Below, one piece after another: positions 1 through 17,092 of a stretch of DNA of 64,000 nt. Numbering within the stretch: the stretch's first letter is position 1; each line of letters begins with the position of its first letter. The notes beneath the pieces are model-generated. The model saw only the letters and a program-made list of their open reading frames with translations, did not search any database and had not been told where the DNA came from. The DNA comes from Eledone cirrhosa. Its lineage: Eukaryota. The stretch lies in assembly GCA_964016885.1 (NCBI GenBank), contig CAXHJY010001687.1:124001-188000 (forward strand). Reading direction: 5' to 3'. Both the position numbers and the translations under genes were made by a program.

Positions 1-175
1 CTGTTTCATTGTTTTATTCATTATTTTTTTAATATTTTATCTTGACTCTGTATTCCGTTTATCTTTCACCGAAAGTGATTTTTCATTGCATCTCTTCTTT
101 CCATGATATCCGGATTACATTGAGTTCTTCATACGGATTGGACACTACCGTAAACTCTTGGTAGATTTATCTACA
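1..175 (+). mobile_element. 3' end of non-coding PLE-type repeat (same family as 33292-33811)
   Basis: Near-identical to the reverse complement of 33292-33466; ends at atctac|(AT)n in both copies. Confidence 0.75.
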
Positions 176-394
<219 letters not shown>

Positions 395-1606
395 ATAATA
401 ATAAAATTGAAGACTAAAATCCAAAGAGGGCTCGATAAGGAAAATATATATCAAATATATAAGAACCGTAGAGCAAATATTTATTAAAATAACAGATTAA
501 AGTTTAAGCAAAGAATCGCTGCTTTCACCCTTAACGGGATCTTCTGAAACTAACAAAGTCAATCTGTAAACGCAGAACTGGATATTTCAAAAAACGTTGC
601 AGCCGGAGGAAGACAGGAAGACGATACTTTGGTTCGTGGTACCGTTCGCTGGCAAAGAACGGGAAAAAACGAATAATACGTCATTAATAGGAGCGGTGAA
701 AAACAATTACGTGCAAAGACAAAACCACGTTTATGGTATAAAAGAGGTCGTAGACTAATGTTCTCTTAGGTTTGTGCATAGAGACGTTCTCTGGCAATGA
801 ACGAAAAAACGAAGATAATAAGTCATATGTGGAGCGTGGAGAACAAAAGCACGCAAGGACAAAACCACGTAAATGGTATAGCAGAAGTCGTAGACTAAAA
901 TTCTAACTAGGAGACCAAATGAATCTCCGCTACAGAGTTAAGAACAAAGTAAATAAATACGATACAGAAGTAATAGAAACAAATAAATACATACACGCAA
1001 ACAGATACGTACATACACAAGCATACGCAAAACCTTACCATAGGTATACAAAACCACGCACAAAGGAATAAACAAAACATATACTTAGCTCCCACATCAA
1101 GACGTAAAATATCCACGTATAGATCGTGCTATCCGTTAGGGTATAACGTGGGGCAGTAATACAGGAAAGTTTTGTGCAATTTATGTTTACAAGCCGAAAT
1201 TGCCTCAGATTTTTTGTTTAAGATGTGGTCTGTGGCGTAGAGAATTTCCAGTTAGAATTTTAGTCTACGACTTCTGCTATACCATTTACGTGGTTTTGTC
1301 CTTGCGTGCTTTTGTTCTCCACGCTCCACATATGACTTATTATCTTCGTTTTTTCGTTCATTGCCAGAGAACGTCTATATGCACAAACCTAAGAGAACAT
1401 TAGTCTACGACCTCTTTTATACCATAAACGTGGTTTTGTCTTTGCACGTAATTGTTTTTCACCGCTCCTATTAATGACGTATTATTCGTTTTTTCCCGTT
1501 CTTTGCCAGCGAACGGTACCACGAACCAAAGTATCGTCTTCCTGTCTTCCTCCGGCTGCAACGTTTTTTGAAATATCCAGTTCTGCGTTTACAGATTGAC
1601 TTTGTT

Positions 1607-1657
1607 AGTTTCAGAAGATCCCGTTAAGGGTGAAAGCAGCGATTCTTTGCTTAAACT
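1607..1657 (+). ncRNA. Atypical type I hammerhead candidate in pLTR (copies 4866-4916 +, about 502-552 -)
   Basis: agttt-CAGAAGA-tccc gttaa gggt-GAAA-gca..tgc-TT-aaact; core has U4A. Confidence 0.5.
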
Positions 1658-1810
1658 TTAATCTGTTATTTTAATAAATATTTGCTCTACGGTTCTTATA
1701 TATTTGATATATATTTTCCTTATCGAGCCCTCTTTGGATTTTAGTCTTCAATTTTATTATTATTACTATTTGGCTCCTTCGGTTGAGCACTCTACTGACT
1801 TATATTCATC

Positions 1811-3940
1811 ATGCAGAAACAACATCTGAATATTTCTACAAAGAACATACCCGTACCAAGCAGGAAAACATACCTAAAACTCCTGATACAGAAAACAGAC
1901 GCGTTCATTAAAAGGTTGCGTTGGCGTGCCTTTTATTTCGATAATCCGCGAAAAGCAGACAACAAACGGGATAAATTTGGATTTAAAACTTATAATGACC
2001 CTCCGTGGAACCCAGCATTGCTACCCTTCGAAAATGATGTCTTGGAACTCATTCGGAATATCAAATTTCGGAATAGGAACAACTCCTTCCAGCAAGACCT
2101 GAAGAATAGGATTCGTACTATTAAGGATTCTAACGCCGTGCACGTCCATTCCGACAAAACTGGCAACCTATATCAAGTGGAGCGCAGTACTTACCATCAA
2201 CTACTACATAATGCTGTAACTAAGGATTACCGTAAAACTAATCGGTGCGTCATCAATGAAATCAATGATGCTGGGTTTAAAATCACATCTGATCTCAACA
2301 TCCTGGACCGGACCGAACCTCTGGACCCTATCTCTCCCCACTTTACCCTGAAGGATCACAAATCCAATTTTCCGAACAACCCATCTATTCGGCTTATTAA
2401 CCCTACGTAGTCCGATTTAGGTAGACTTAGTAAAACGATTCTTGATAGAATTATACCTGAAATTAGAAGTTTGGCCCCTCTCGCACTGTGGAACAATTCT
2501 TTCGCGGTGATTGATTGGTTCAACGGCATATGTAACAAGGAACATTGCCGTTTTATCCAATTCGACATCAACAATTACTACTCCTCCATCACTTTACCAC
2601 TTCTCCTTAGAGCTATCAATTTCGCTAAAACACTCACAGTGGTTAAGGATTTTGAAGTTGATGTCATCCTTAATGCCCGAAAGTCGGTGATTAATTTCGA
2701 CGACTCTATTTGGATAAAAAAATCCAATAGTACCCCATTCGACGTGAGTATGGGCGCCAGTGACTCTGTGGAGGTTACTGATCTTATTGGCCTTTTCCTT
2801 CTTTTCTCTATCAATGACGAATTCCCCAACGCGGGCGGTGGTTTGTACCGTGACGATGGTCTTTTGACCATGACTAAGTGCGGGCCTCGTGCTTGCGACA
2901 GGTTCAGAAAAGAACTCACAGCCTTCTTTAAAGGCTTCAACCTCTCTATACAGGTTGAGGCCAATCTCTCGGTCGTTAATTACCTCGACGTTACCCTCAA
3001 TTTATTGAATGGGTTGTATTACCCGTATAGAAAGCCGAATGATACGCTTAATTACATAAGTAAGCATTCCAACCATCCTGCCAGCATAACCAACAACCTG
3101 GTAAGAAACGTTTCGTTGAGGCTTTCCCGTCTTTCCACCAACGAGCGCATTTTCAACGACCATTCCACTTATTACAATGAAGCTCTTGCTCGAAGTGGAT
3201 TTGTCGATAAGGTAGCATATACAGAGTATGAAAATAGACCTAGAAGAAATAGATCCCGTCGCATTTGTTGGTTTAACCCACCATATAATATGGAGGTGGC
3301 CACACCATTAGCTAAGATCTTTCTTTCCCTTATTACGAAGCATTTTCCCCCTACACATAAATATAGTAAAATTTTTAATAGAAATACTATTAAAATTTCT
3401 TACTCTACGACTCCTAACCTTGCACATAACATCACAGCTTCAAATTTAGCTAAACTACCTAGCCGTAGGAACACGTGCAACCCTGTAGTTAGTACTAACT
3501 GTAATTGTAGGAATCGGGCTGATTGCCCCCTATCCGGGAAATGCCTCTCTAGCAACATTGTCTACAAATGTAAGGTTGTAACACCCACGTTCCGTAGGGC
3601 CTACATAGGGTTAACCGCCAATAGTTTCAAGCAGCGTCTTTACATGCATACCCATTCTTTTCGTTACCCTCTAAGAAGGAATATGACGTCACTTTCAGCT
3701 TATATCTGGAGTCTAAAAGACAACCACACCCAATATAAGTTACACTGGGAGATCCTAGCTAGGGCTAGATCGTATAACGGAAATAAAAGACCATGTGACC
3801 TCTGCGCCGCTGAGGCCCTGGAAATACTCTACGCCACAGACCACATCTTAAACAAAAAATCTGAGGCAATTTCGGCTTGTAAACATAAATTGCACAACAC
3901 TTTCCTGTATTACAGCCCCACGTTATACCCTAACGGATAG
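1811..3940 (+). pseudogene. PLE reverse transcriptase + C-terminal GIY-YIG endonuclease, one in-frame TAG at 2408-2410
   Basis: ORFs 1811-2410 and 2471-3940 share a frame; motifs LKDHK, FDINNYYSSI, MGASDS, LYRDD, NYLDV, WFNPPY, CNCRNRADCPLSGKC, NIVYKC...YIG. Confidence 0.92.
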
Positions 3941-4959
3941 CACGATCTATACGTGGATATTTTACGTCTTGATGTGGGAGCTAAGTATATGTTTTGTTTA
4001 TTCCTTTACTTATTTGCATAGGTAAGTATATATTACCCATATGTTTTGTGAAGGTATGTATACCTTCTCGTACGTATATTTGACTGTTATGGCGTATCAT
4101 TTTTACATATTCTGGTATTTAGGGTTTGGCTATGTGTATACGGGAGTTTTGCGTCCGAGTGAGTATGCAGGTTCGTACGTATGGTGGGTGTGTGTATATG
4201 TGTACTTCTTGTTTAGACTTACGTCTCCGTACATTCGTGTATTTATATGTAGGTATGTGTGTGCGCTTGTTATATACGTATTTATTTACTTATATACGTT
4301 TATATAATTATTTATTTATTTGTACACAAGCATACACACACACACATATTTATATGTGCGTGGTTTTGTATACCTATGGTAAGGTTTTGCGTATGCTTGT
4401 GTATGTACGTATCTGTTTGCGTGTATGTATTTATTTGTTTCTATTACTTCTGTATCGTATTTATTTACTTTGTTCTTAACTCTGTAGCGGAGATTCATTT
4501 GGTCTCCTAGTTAGAATTTTAGTCTACGACTTCTGCTATACCATTTACGTAGTTTTGTCCTTGCGTGCTTTTGTTCTCCACGCTCCACATATGACTTATT
4601 ATCTTCGTTTTTTCGTTCATTGCCAGAGAACGTCTATATGCACAAACCTAAGAGAACATTAGTCTACGACCTCTTTTATACCATAAACGTGGTTTTGTCT
4701 TTGCACGTAATTGTTTTTCACCGCTCCTATTAATGACGTATTATTCGTTTTTTCCCGTTCTTTGCCAGCGAACGGTACCACGAACCAAAGTATCGTCTTC
4801 CTGTCTTCCTCCGGCTGCAACGTTTTTTGAAATATCCAGTTCTGCGTTTACAGATTGACTTTGTTAGTTTCAGAAGATCCCGTTAAGGGTGAAAGCAGCG
4901 ATTCTTTGCTTAAACTTTAATCTGTTATTTTAATAAATATATATATATATATATATTTA

Positions 4960-5180
4960 TCATTTCATCATCATTTCATTTTACGTCCACTTTTCCCTGC
5001 TTGCAAGGGTGGGACGGGAACTGATTCTGGCTTGATTTCTACAGCTGGATGCCCTTCCTAACACCAACCTCATTTACAGTGAGTGCTGGGTGCTTTTTTT
5101 TTGCCGTGGTACCCCCACAACCACTTTACAGTGGAATGATAGGGACCCCAGTCCCTATCATCTCATTTCTACAGCTGAGT
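4960..5180 (-). mobile_element. 5'-truncated CORE-type SINE with RTE-derived tail
   Basis: Matches the 3' part of 25701-26043. Confidence 0.85.
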
Positions 5181-5363
5181 ATATATTTATATATATATTT
5201 ATATATATATTTATATATATATATATTTATATATATATATATATTTATATATATATTTATATATATATATATTTATATATATATATATTTATATATATAT
5301 ATATATTTATTTATTTATATATATATTTATATATATATATATTTATATATATATATATATATA

Positions 5364-7680
<2,317 letters not shown>

Positions 7681-9401
7681 TAAGTATGCATGTATACGTA
7701 CATACATATATGTATACAGACGTACAGTAGCATACACACATATATATATATATACATATATATATATACATATGCATACAGGTACACATACATATATGCA
7801 CGTATCAGTTTAGCGGCGCTTATTATAACGTCGCTTTGTTCGTTTGTAAACAAACTGAACAGCCTGAATTTATGCCATACGGTGTTAAGGCAACCACGTC
7901 ACCTTTTTGTTCAACACTGACACAGGAACGATGTACTAGTTTCAAGCTTGTTAGCTATCATCAGCACCGTTTACCCATCTGCCAGATTTTCGGTATGCCT
8001 TACCGATTTAACTCACTCAATATGCAAATTAGGCTGCTCAGCCGTTAATTTTCATAAGGAAAGTATATACTTTCGAACGTTCAACTATCTGGCAGATGGG
8101 TAAACGGTGCTGATGATAGCTAACAAGCTTGAAACTAGTACATCGTTCCTGTGTCAGTGTTGAACAAAAAGGTGACGTGGTTGCCTTAACACCGTATGGC
8201 ATAAATTCAGGCTGTTCAGTTTGTTTACAAACGAACAAAGCGACGTTATAATAAGCGCCGCTAAACTGATACGTGCATATATGTATGTGTACCTGTATGC
8301 ATATGTATATATATATATGTATATATATATATATGTGTGTATGCTACTGTACGTCTGTATACATATATGTATGTACGTATACATGCATACTTACATTTAA
8401 GTAAGTGCCATACTAAGAGTGAGAAATGAAATTTCGTTTTCATTTTGTTTCAATTTATCGTTTTCGGTATGCCTTACCGATTTAACTCACTCAATATGCA
8501 AATTAGGCTGCTCAGCCGTTAATTTTCATAAGGAAAGTATATACTTTCGAACGTTCAACTATCTGGCAGATGGGTAAACGGTGCTGATGATAGCTAACAA
8601 GCTTGAAACTAGTACATCGTTCCTGTGTCAGTGTTGAACAAAAAGGTGACGTGGTTGCCTTAACACCGTATGGCATAAATTCAGGCTGTTCAGTTTGTTT
8701 ACAAACGAACAAAGCGACGTTATAATAAGCGCCGCTAAACTGATACGTGCATATATGTATGTGTACCTGTATGCATATGTATATATATATATGTATATAT
8801 ATATATATGTGTGTATGCTACTGTACGTCTGTATACATATATGTATGTACGTATACATGCATACTTACATTTAAGTAAGTGCCATACTAAGAGTGAGAAA
8901 TGAAATTTCGTTTTCATTTTGTTTCAATTTATCGTTTTCGGTATGCCTTACCGATTTAACTCACTCAATATGCAAATTAGGCTGCTCAGCCGTTAATTTT
9001 CATAAGGAAAGTATATACTTTCGAACGTTCAACTATCTGGCAGATGGGTAAACGGTGCTGATGATAGCTAACAAGCTTGAAACTAGTACATCGTTCCTGT
9101 GTCAGTGTTGAACAAAAAGGTGACGTGGTTGCCTTAACACCGTATGGCATAAATTCAGGCTGTTCAGTTTGTTTACAAACGAACAAAGCGACGTTATAAT
9201 AAGCGCCGCTAAACTGATACGTGCATATATGTATGTGTACCTGTATGCATATGTATATATATATATGTATATATATATGTGTGTATGCTACTGTACGTCT
9301 GTATACATATATGTATGTACGTATACATGCATACTTACATTTAAGTAAGTGCCATACTAAGAGTGAGAAATGAAATTTCGTTTTCATTTTGTTTCAATTT
9401 A
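7681..9401 (+). mobile_element. Three tandem 474-bp HHR-bearing non-coding units (7988-9401) plus an inverted partial unit (7681-7987); retrozyme-like / non-autonomous PLE
   Basis: Near-identical repeats spaced 474 bp; one HHR per unit; both ends in (AT)n. Confidence 0.85.
8103..8147 (+). ncRNA. Minimal type I hammerhead ribozyme (copies 8577-8621 and 9051-9095 +; 7927-7971 -)
   Basis: aacggtg-CTGATGA-tagc taacaa gctt-GAAA-ctag-TA-catcgtt. Confidence 0.88.
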
Positions 9402-9405
9402 TATT

Positions 9406-9655
<250 letters not shown>

Positions 9656-9665
9656 TATATATATA

Positions 9666-9745
<80 letters not shown>

Positions 9746-9747
<2 letters not shown>

Positions 9748-9965
9748 CATTTCATCATCATTTCATTTTACGTCCACTTTTCCCTGCTTGCAAGGGTGGG
9801 ACAGGAACTGATTCTGGCTTGATTTCTGCAGCTGGATGCCCTTCCTAACACCAACCTCATTTACAGTGAGTGCTGGGTGCTTTTTTTGCCGTGGTACCTC
9901 CAGGAACACTTTACAGTGGAACGATAGGGACCCCAGACTCTATCATCTCATTTCTACAGCTGAGT
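9746..9965 (-). mobile_element. 5'-truncated CORE-type SINE
   Basis: Matches 4960-5180 and 25701-26043. Confidence 0.85.
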
Positions 9966-9991
9966 ATATATTTATATATATATTTATATAA

Positions 9992-11539
9992 TAACCTGTT
10001 AGCTAGCACTTCCTTATTCCTACAGTTGGGCTGTCTTGTGTAACTGTCTCTGACTGTGTTTAACTGTCTCCTATTGTTGGTCGTCTATGTATACGAGTCG
10101 GTGAACGTATACGTATGCCTGTGGGAGGATATTGATCTGGATATTGGGGTGTGTATGTTAATAAGCACCCCTGTTTGGCACAGTGGATGTAACCCATCCA
10201 CGCTCGCCTACCCACCATTGGTGCATTGGTGGGTCTATCCTGACGTATATCTTGTGGATCTGTACCTCTGTATGCGCATGAGTTGTGATGTAATGTATTT
10301 ATGTAAAGCGTGTACTGCGATTTAGGCTGCACTAATAGAAATTTAGCCTGTAACTGTGGGCGGACCTGTGCCATCCCGCCGTAAGCAGTGGATACGTGGC
10401 GCATGTACGTGTTGCCCTCATATTCTGTGGTTTAAGATCTACAGGCTGACCTCTGGGAGCTCTTGCCCGGGGTTGTAGTCTTTCTAGCACGATCGGCCTT
10501 CCATATATTGACGGTCGTTGTTATGATCCCGAAAGTAACGTTTTGGCCCCGATAGCCCTCCGTAGTTACTAACGGTCTGTGTACACTTGAATCGGGCAAT
10601 GGCACGTGCGGACATGAATATCTCCGTAGGATTTCAACTTTATTTTACTACATCTCATCGTATGTATTTATTTTGAATGTATTACCTGTGGTGGTGGGTC
10701 TGGTCTAATGTGGTATTTCGGTGTTTAATATCAGCTTTGACCCGGGTGTCCTACGCTGTGTGTGTGTGCGTGTGTGTCCGTGTATACATTTATATGTGTA
10801 TGGGTGTAGGTGGTTGTATGTGTCTGTATATATAAAAAATATATATATATATATATGTATACCGTCTCTGCATATGCATGTGGTGTGTATATGTGCATAT
10901 ACGTGCTGAACATATTGATGTGTACAATCTTGTGATGTCCCAATGCGGTGACTTAATGGCTCTTGAAGCTATTTTTTATATATCTTCTGTCTTTTTATAT
11001 ATCTTTTGTATGCGCTACAACTGTGTCTGCTTGCTTTGGCTAACCCGCCTGCACCTCGCTTGCTAATGCACGTGAATTCTTCTACCTTCCTTCGATGCAC
11101 CTCTCTCTGACCATTGGCCTCCTGCCCGGGTGTGAACCGGTTTGTGATTACCCCACCGCTCAACTGTGTGAATGCACACCCGCGACTTTCGAGTGAACTT
11201 TTGAGACTGCCCAACCTGGGACGCCTCCATTGCCTTGCAATGGTCAAGTGATACTGGTGACTGTGACACTTAGTGCCTTCGTGGGCCCCTGATGCTTTCA
11301 AGAAATATATTTTAAAAAAATGGTCAAGTGATACACATAACTGTGACACTTAGTGCCTTCGTGGGCCCCTGATATATTCAAGAGATATATTCTAAAAAAA
11401 AAAAAAAATAAAAAAAATAAAAAAAAAAAAATATATATATATCTTATCTCAATTTACTTTATTTCATTTTATTTTATTTTATTTTATTTTATTTCATTTC
11501 ATGTTATCTAATTTTATTTATTTACTTATTTAATTCCAT

Positions 11540-11574
<35 letters not shown>

Positions 11575-11575
11575 C

Positions 11576-11611
<36 letters not shown>

Positions 11612-11618
11612 TTTTTAC

Positions 11619-11650
<32 letters not shown>

Positions 11651-12437
11651 TTACATTTAATTACATTTAATTATACATTTAATTATATCTTATATTATAT
11701 TATTTTAATTTCGTCTATGTTATTTGATTTTAGTTTACCTTATTTTATCTTATTTTATGATTATATTATATTATGTTCTATTTTATATAATTTTAATTTT
11801 AATTTTATATTATTTTATCTCTTTCCTTACCCTGTATCACTATTATCTGTATATTTTATATTTTATATGTAAGTTTGTTATGTATTTCTTTATATTTTCT
11901 TATATATATTATAAGTCTGTTTTTCACCTATTTTTTACCTACTCTTACCTAATCCTATCTATCTTATCTACTCTTGTCTGTTCTCTTATCCATGTGTATG
12001 CTTGTATGTAACTATATGTTGACAGCACCCCGCCCAACTGTGACTGATAGCACCCCTTATTTTTCATTGTTTATTTTTCATTGCTTATTTTTCATTGTTT
12101 ATTATCTTATTTTTATTTTTATTTTTATTTTTATTTTTATTCTTATCTTTATTTTTACTTTTACTTCCTTAATATCCTTTATCGTCTATTATTATTTTTC
12201 ATTCTTCAATGTCTTGGATTTGTTATTGCTTGTATGGTATGTAATTAACCTTTATGCTCTGATGAGTCCCACTTATAGTGCGGATGAAACAATGTTAGCA
12301 AGTAAAGATATGCATATGCTATAGGCGTTCTTTGTTATTTATTATATCACGGCTCTGTCCTCAGACATTGAGCTAACCTTATACTGCCTGCTGGATAAGT
12401 GGAGTGTTATACACCCCTGATCCTCTCCCTAGTATAC
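9992..12437 (+). mobile_element. Probable long PLE 3' UTR/pLTR fragment ending shortly after an HHR
   Basis: No ORF; (TTTA)n tracts; about 70-bp tandem duplication near 11239-11390; canonical HHR about 140 nt before the (AT)n junction; layout like 44729-46595. Confidence 0.6.
12255..12300 (+). ncRNA. Type I hammerhead ribozyme
   Basis: tgct-CTGATGA-gtcc cacttatagtgc ggat-GAAA-caatg-TT-agca. Confidence 0.85.
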
Positions 12438-12468
<31 letters not shown>

Positions 12469-12481
12469 TTATATATATATA

Positions 12482-12640
<159 letters not shown>

Positions 12641-12655
12641 TTATATATATATATT

Positions 12656-12708
<53 letters not shown>

Positions 12709-12709
12709 T

Positions 12710-12742
<33 letters not shown>

Positions 12743-12770
12743 ATTTATATATATATATTTATATATATAT

Positions 12771-13865
<1,095 letters not shown>

Positions 13866-13920
13866 ATATATTTACATATATATATATATTTATATATATA
13901 TATATATTTACATATATATT

Positions 13921-13969
<49 letters not shown>

Positions 13970-13970
13970 C

Positions 13971-15070
13971 ATAAATCATGTCCTTAGAATCATTAGATAA
14001 AATATATACCAATTCCTCTTCCATTTAGCATAATTAACAATATAAAAAATCAATTAGACCAAGCTATAAGAAGAAAGGCTGTTATGAAGAAATCTCCGAC
14101 AAATAACCGATAGTGGCCTCTTCGCGGTGACCCCAATAGAGTATTTATCCAACATTTCGACAGCATGTAGAAACTGACTAAATATATCATCAACCATACA
14201 CAATTAGGTGTAAAACTGAACTTAGAAGAAATGTATACATACCGTAATTATATCTCTACCATGGTTTCATCCATATTTTTAGACATCCAATTAATAGGAA
14301 TGTCTTGAGTTAGGATTCATCAGGAGACAAACTCAAAATCAGACATCTAGTTCTCCAACCTGATCGCGCCAAAATTAGATTCAAAAATGGCTAAGAATCG
14401 CTATGTGGCTGTGGTCAAGCTAGAAAGAATGTGATTAGTTGCTTTCGGCGGGTAGGCTTGTTGCTAGAAAGCGCAGCCAAATATCGCCAAATTGAATCTC
14501 AACCTAACGGGAGATTATTAAATATAAAGGTTTACATATAGATAAAGTTATAGATATATATGTTGCAACCGGTCACTTTTAAGCTCTATTAAGAATTAAT
14601 AAATTAAATAATCAGAGCAATACATTATAAATCATGTCCTTAGAATCATTAGATAAAATATATACCAATTCCTCTTCCAATTAGCATAATTAACCATATA
14701 AAATATCAATTAGACCAAGCTATAAGAAGAAAGGCTCTTATGAAGAAATCTCCGACAAATAACCGATAGTGGCCTCTTCGCGGTGACCCCAATAGAGTAT
14801 TTATCCAACATTTCGACAGCATGTAGAAACTGACTAAATATATCATCAACCATACACAATTAGGTGTAAAATTAAACTTAGAAGAAATGTGTACATACCG
14901 TAATTACTACCATGGTTTCATCCGTATTTTTAGACATCCAATTAATAGGAATGTCTTGAGTTAGGATTCATCAGGAGACAAACTCAAAATCAGACATCTA
15001 GTTCTCCAAACTGATCGCGCCAAAATTGATTCAAAATGGCTAAGAATCGCTATGTGGCTGTGGTCAAGCT
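13971..15070 (-). mobile_element. About 1.7 tandem copies of a 656-bp non-coding HHR repeat
   Basis: ataaatcatgtcc at 13971 and 14627; HHR on minus strand. Confidence 0.8.
14253..14327 (-). ncRNA. Type I hammerhead ribozyme with extended loop II
   Basis: tctc-CTGATGA-atcc..(about 40 nt)..ggat-GAAA-ccatgg-TA-gaga; the second unit has lost the stem I partner. Confidence 0.82.
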
Positions 15071-15080
15071 ATATATTTAT

Positions 15081-16997
15081 ACGTGGGAAAGTAAAAAATC
15101 GGAGAATAGACCGTTAAAACATGTTTATTTAAAACAGCACCTACGTACCTTTCGCCCAGTTGGGCTTCTCAAGGGCATAAATAATGAAAAGTGTTCCTTA
15201 TATTGCTCGGAAAGAGTTTTGGGGGTTAAATCCACATCAAGGTTCATTGCTCGAAAAATAGCTTGTGTTGATTTTGCAGCAGGTCAAGGGAAGTAACTCC
15301 GGCCGGTGTTAGGGCAGTCTTTCCCGGACAATTTTTTTTTTTTTTTTTTGCCGCATCTGTTTGTCTGAGGCTGGGTCTGGTATGTAAGGATTGTTTCCTG
15401 GGTGTTATTTTGCAACGCCTGCCCGCCGGGGTGTTGCAGGGAGATCCGGTGTACGGTTTCACTCCTCGTCCTTAATCCATCCGAAGAAGGATATTTTTAA
15501 GCGATGTGTACAACTTATCGCTGTTTCAGCTCACTCCTCATCCTTAACCCATCCGAAGAAGGATATTTTTAAGCGATGTGTACAACTTATCGCTGTTTCA
15601 GCTCTGCTGTTGATGAACTCGTGGGGTGCAGTTATGATATGGTAGAGCTCCATGAGGCAAAGATCGCATTTCCTCTTGAAGTTGTACGGTGCAGCCCTAC
15701 CGACAATCTCCAGTGCGTGGAGAAGCTGATGTTTAAGTCCTTTAGTGATGTGATGTAGTCCGCGAGCGAAGTGGAGTGCCTTAGTTTTCTATTTGTGAAA
15801 GAGTGAAGATGTGTTCGAAACCTAATTTTGAACGGGCCGGAGGTAGCCCCTATATAATGTTTAACGCTATTGTGGCTAGTAATAGTGCATCTATATATAA
15901 CCCTATCAGTCAAGCAGTATCCTCTAAGGGGGCAGCGTCCTCTGTCGCGGCAGTTGCAATTTCTGTCGCGGTTCCGTCTATTTCCCACGGTAAGGCTATC
16001 ATTGTTGCTGCCTACATTGTTACCTACGCTATCGCAGCTGTCGTTAGCACCATTACAACCCACAGCATACGGATTGGTGCGATTGTTATTCCGCACGTCA
16101 TGTCCTGCATGTTCCCCAGTTATTTCGCGGTTATGCTGGTTGCGTCTGCGGATGCCGTTGTCAACACTATTGGATGCTGCCAGGGAGTTGTTAAGGCCGA
16201 TATAGTTATTGTCAGGTGTAGGTGCGTCTGTGTCGAGGTGCTGTGTCTTGGTGATCTTACTGTGGTTCGTTGTTCCTATGATGTCTGCTAGGTTAGGAGT
16301 AGTAGAGAAGGATATTTTTATATTGTTCCTGTTAAGAATTTTTCTATATCTATGGTTGGGCGGGAAGTTCTTCCCTAAGGCTTCGAAGAACATCCGGGGT
16401 ATGTTGGAAGCCACACTCCGAGAGTAGGGGGGTGGAACCATAGGACGTTACGGTGGCGATTACGTGTCCTTGTACTTTTGCTACGGGTGGTTCCATCCAG
16501 GTGACCGCTCTTATGTGTGTTAATGCGCAGTCGCTCGTTCGGTGCCCCTTTCACTTTATGCTCGGGTGCACTCTTCCTACCTCTTCCATGTTTATGTACA
16601 CGAAGATGTTGGTTGGAAGGCGTTGGTAGTAGGCCGTCGCCTTTGTTGGTTTTGTAATAGGGGAATAGTTCGAGTAATCTACAGTGGTCACCGTCGCCGG
16701 GGTCGTGATCTTTAGTGCGGTTATCTATTTTATTATATCCGACTTCAACGAGGTCGCCGCGTGATCGGTATGGCTTACTATAACTTTCGTTTTATGAGGG
16801 GTTGGTTTCTAGAGCTAGCGTTAGGGATGTAGGAAATTCCTCGGTTAAAGCCAGCGCTTATCAAGGCCCTATTGTAGTAATCTGCCGCTTGGTTGAAGAT
16901 ATCCTCATTGGCGGATAGTCTCGAGATTCTATGTGAGATACTATAGACTATGGAGTTGAGAGTCTGCTTAGGGTGGTTGGAGGCATAATTAATATAA
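15081..16997 (-). mobile_element. 5'-truncated Naiad-like PLE (RT thumb + GIY-YIG, frameshifted) with HHR variant at about 15137-15176
   Basis: YINYASNHP..RISRLS, PPPYS, CNCRDRGRCPLRGYC, VIYRC..HYIG; TTGAGAA-gccca ac tgggc-GAAA. Confidence 0.88.
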
Positions 16998-17058
16998 GAG
17001 GGACAGAGACCGCTGGAGAGAACTCGTCCATGGATCTCGGGAATTTTACCCGCCTTAG
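16998..17058 (+). mobile_element. 3' terminal 61 bp of the RTE family at 19537-20799
   Basis: Matches the reverse complement of 19537-19597. Confidence 0.85.
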
Positions 17059-17092
17059 ATATATATAAATATATAAATATATATATATATAT

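Noticed and set aside
144-175. actc ttg gtaga..tctac as another instance of the bulged hairpin
   Set aside because: Both copies end inside it, so the GAGY half cannot be seen; this junction is untested and may be an exception to the rule
2408-2410. In-frame stop in the Naiad-like ORF as selenocysteine or readthrough
   Set aside because: The codon is TAG, not TGA, and falls where Lys (AAG) is expected in NP-x-K-S-(D/E)-LG; a point nonsense mutation is simpler
4008-4355. Segment missing from the inverted arm as a spliced intron
   Set aside because: Boundaries are not GT..AG; the ggtaagta donor-like site is about 14 nt inside the deletion
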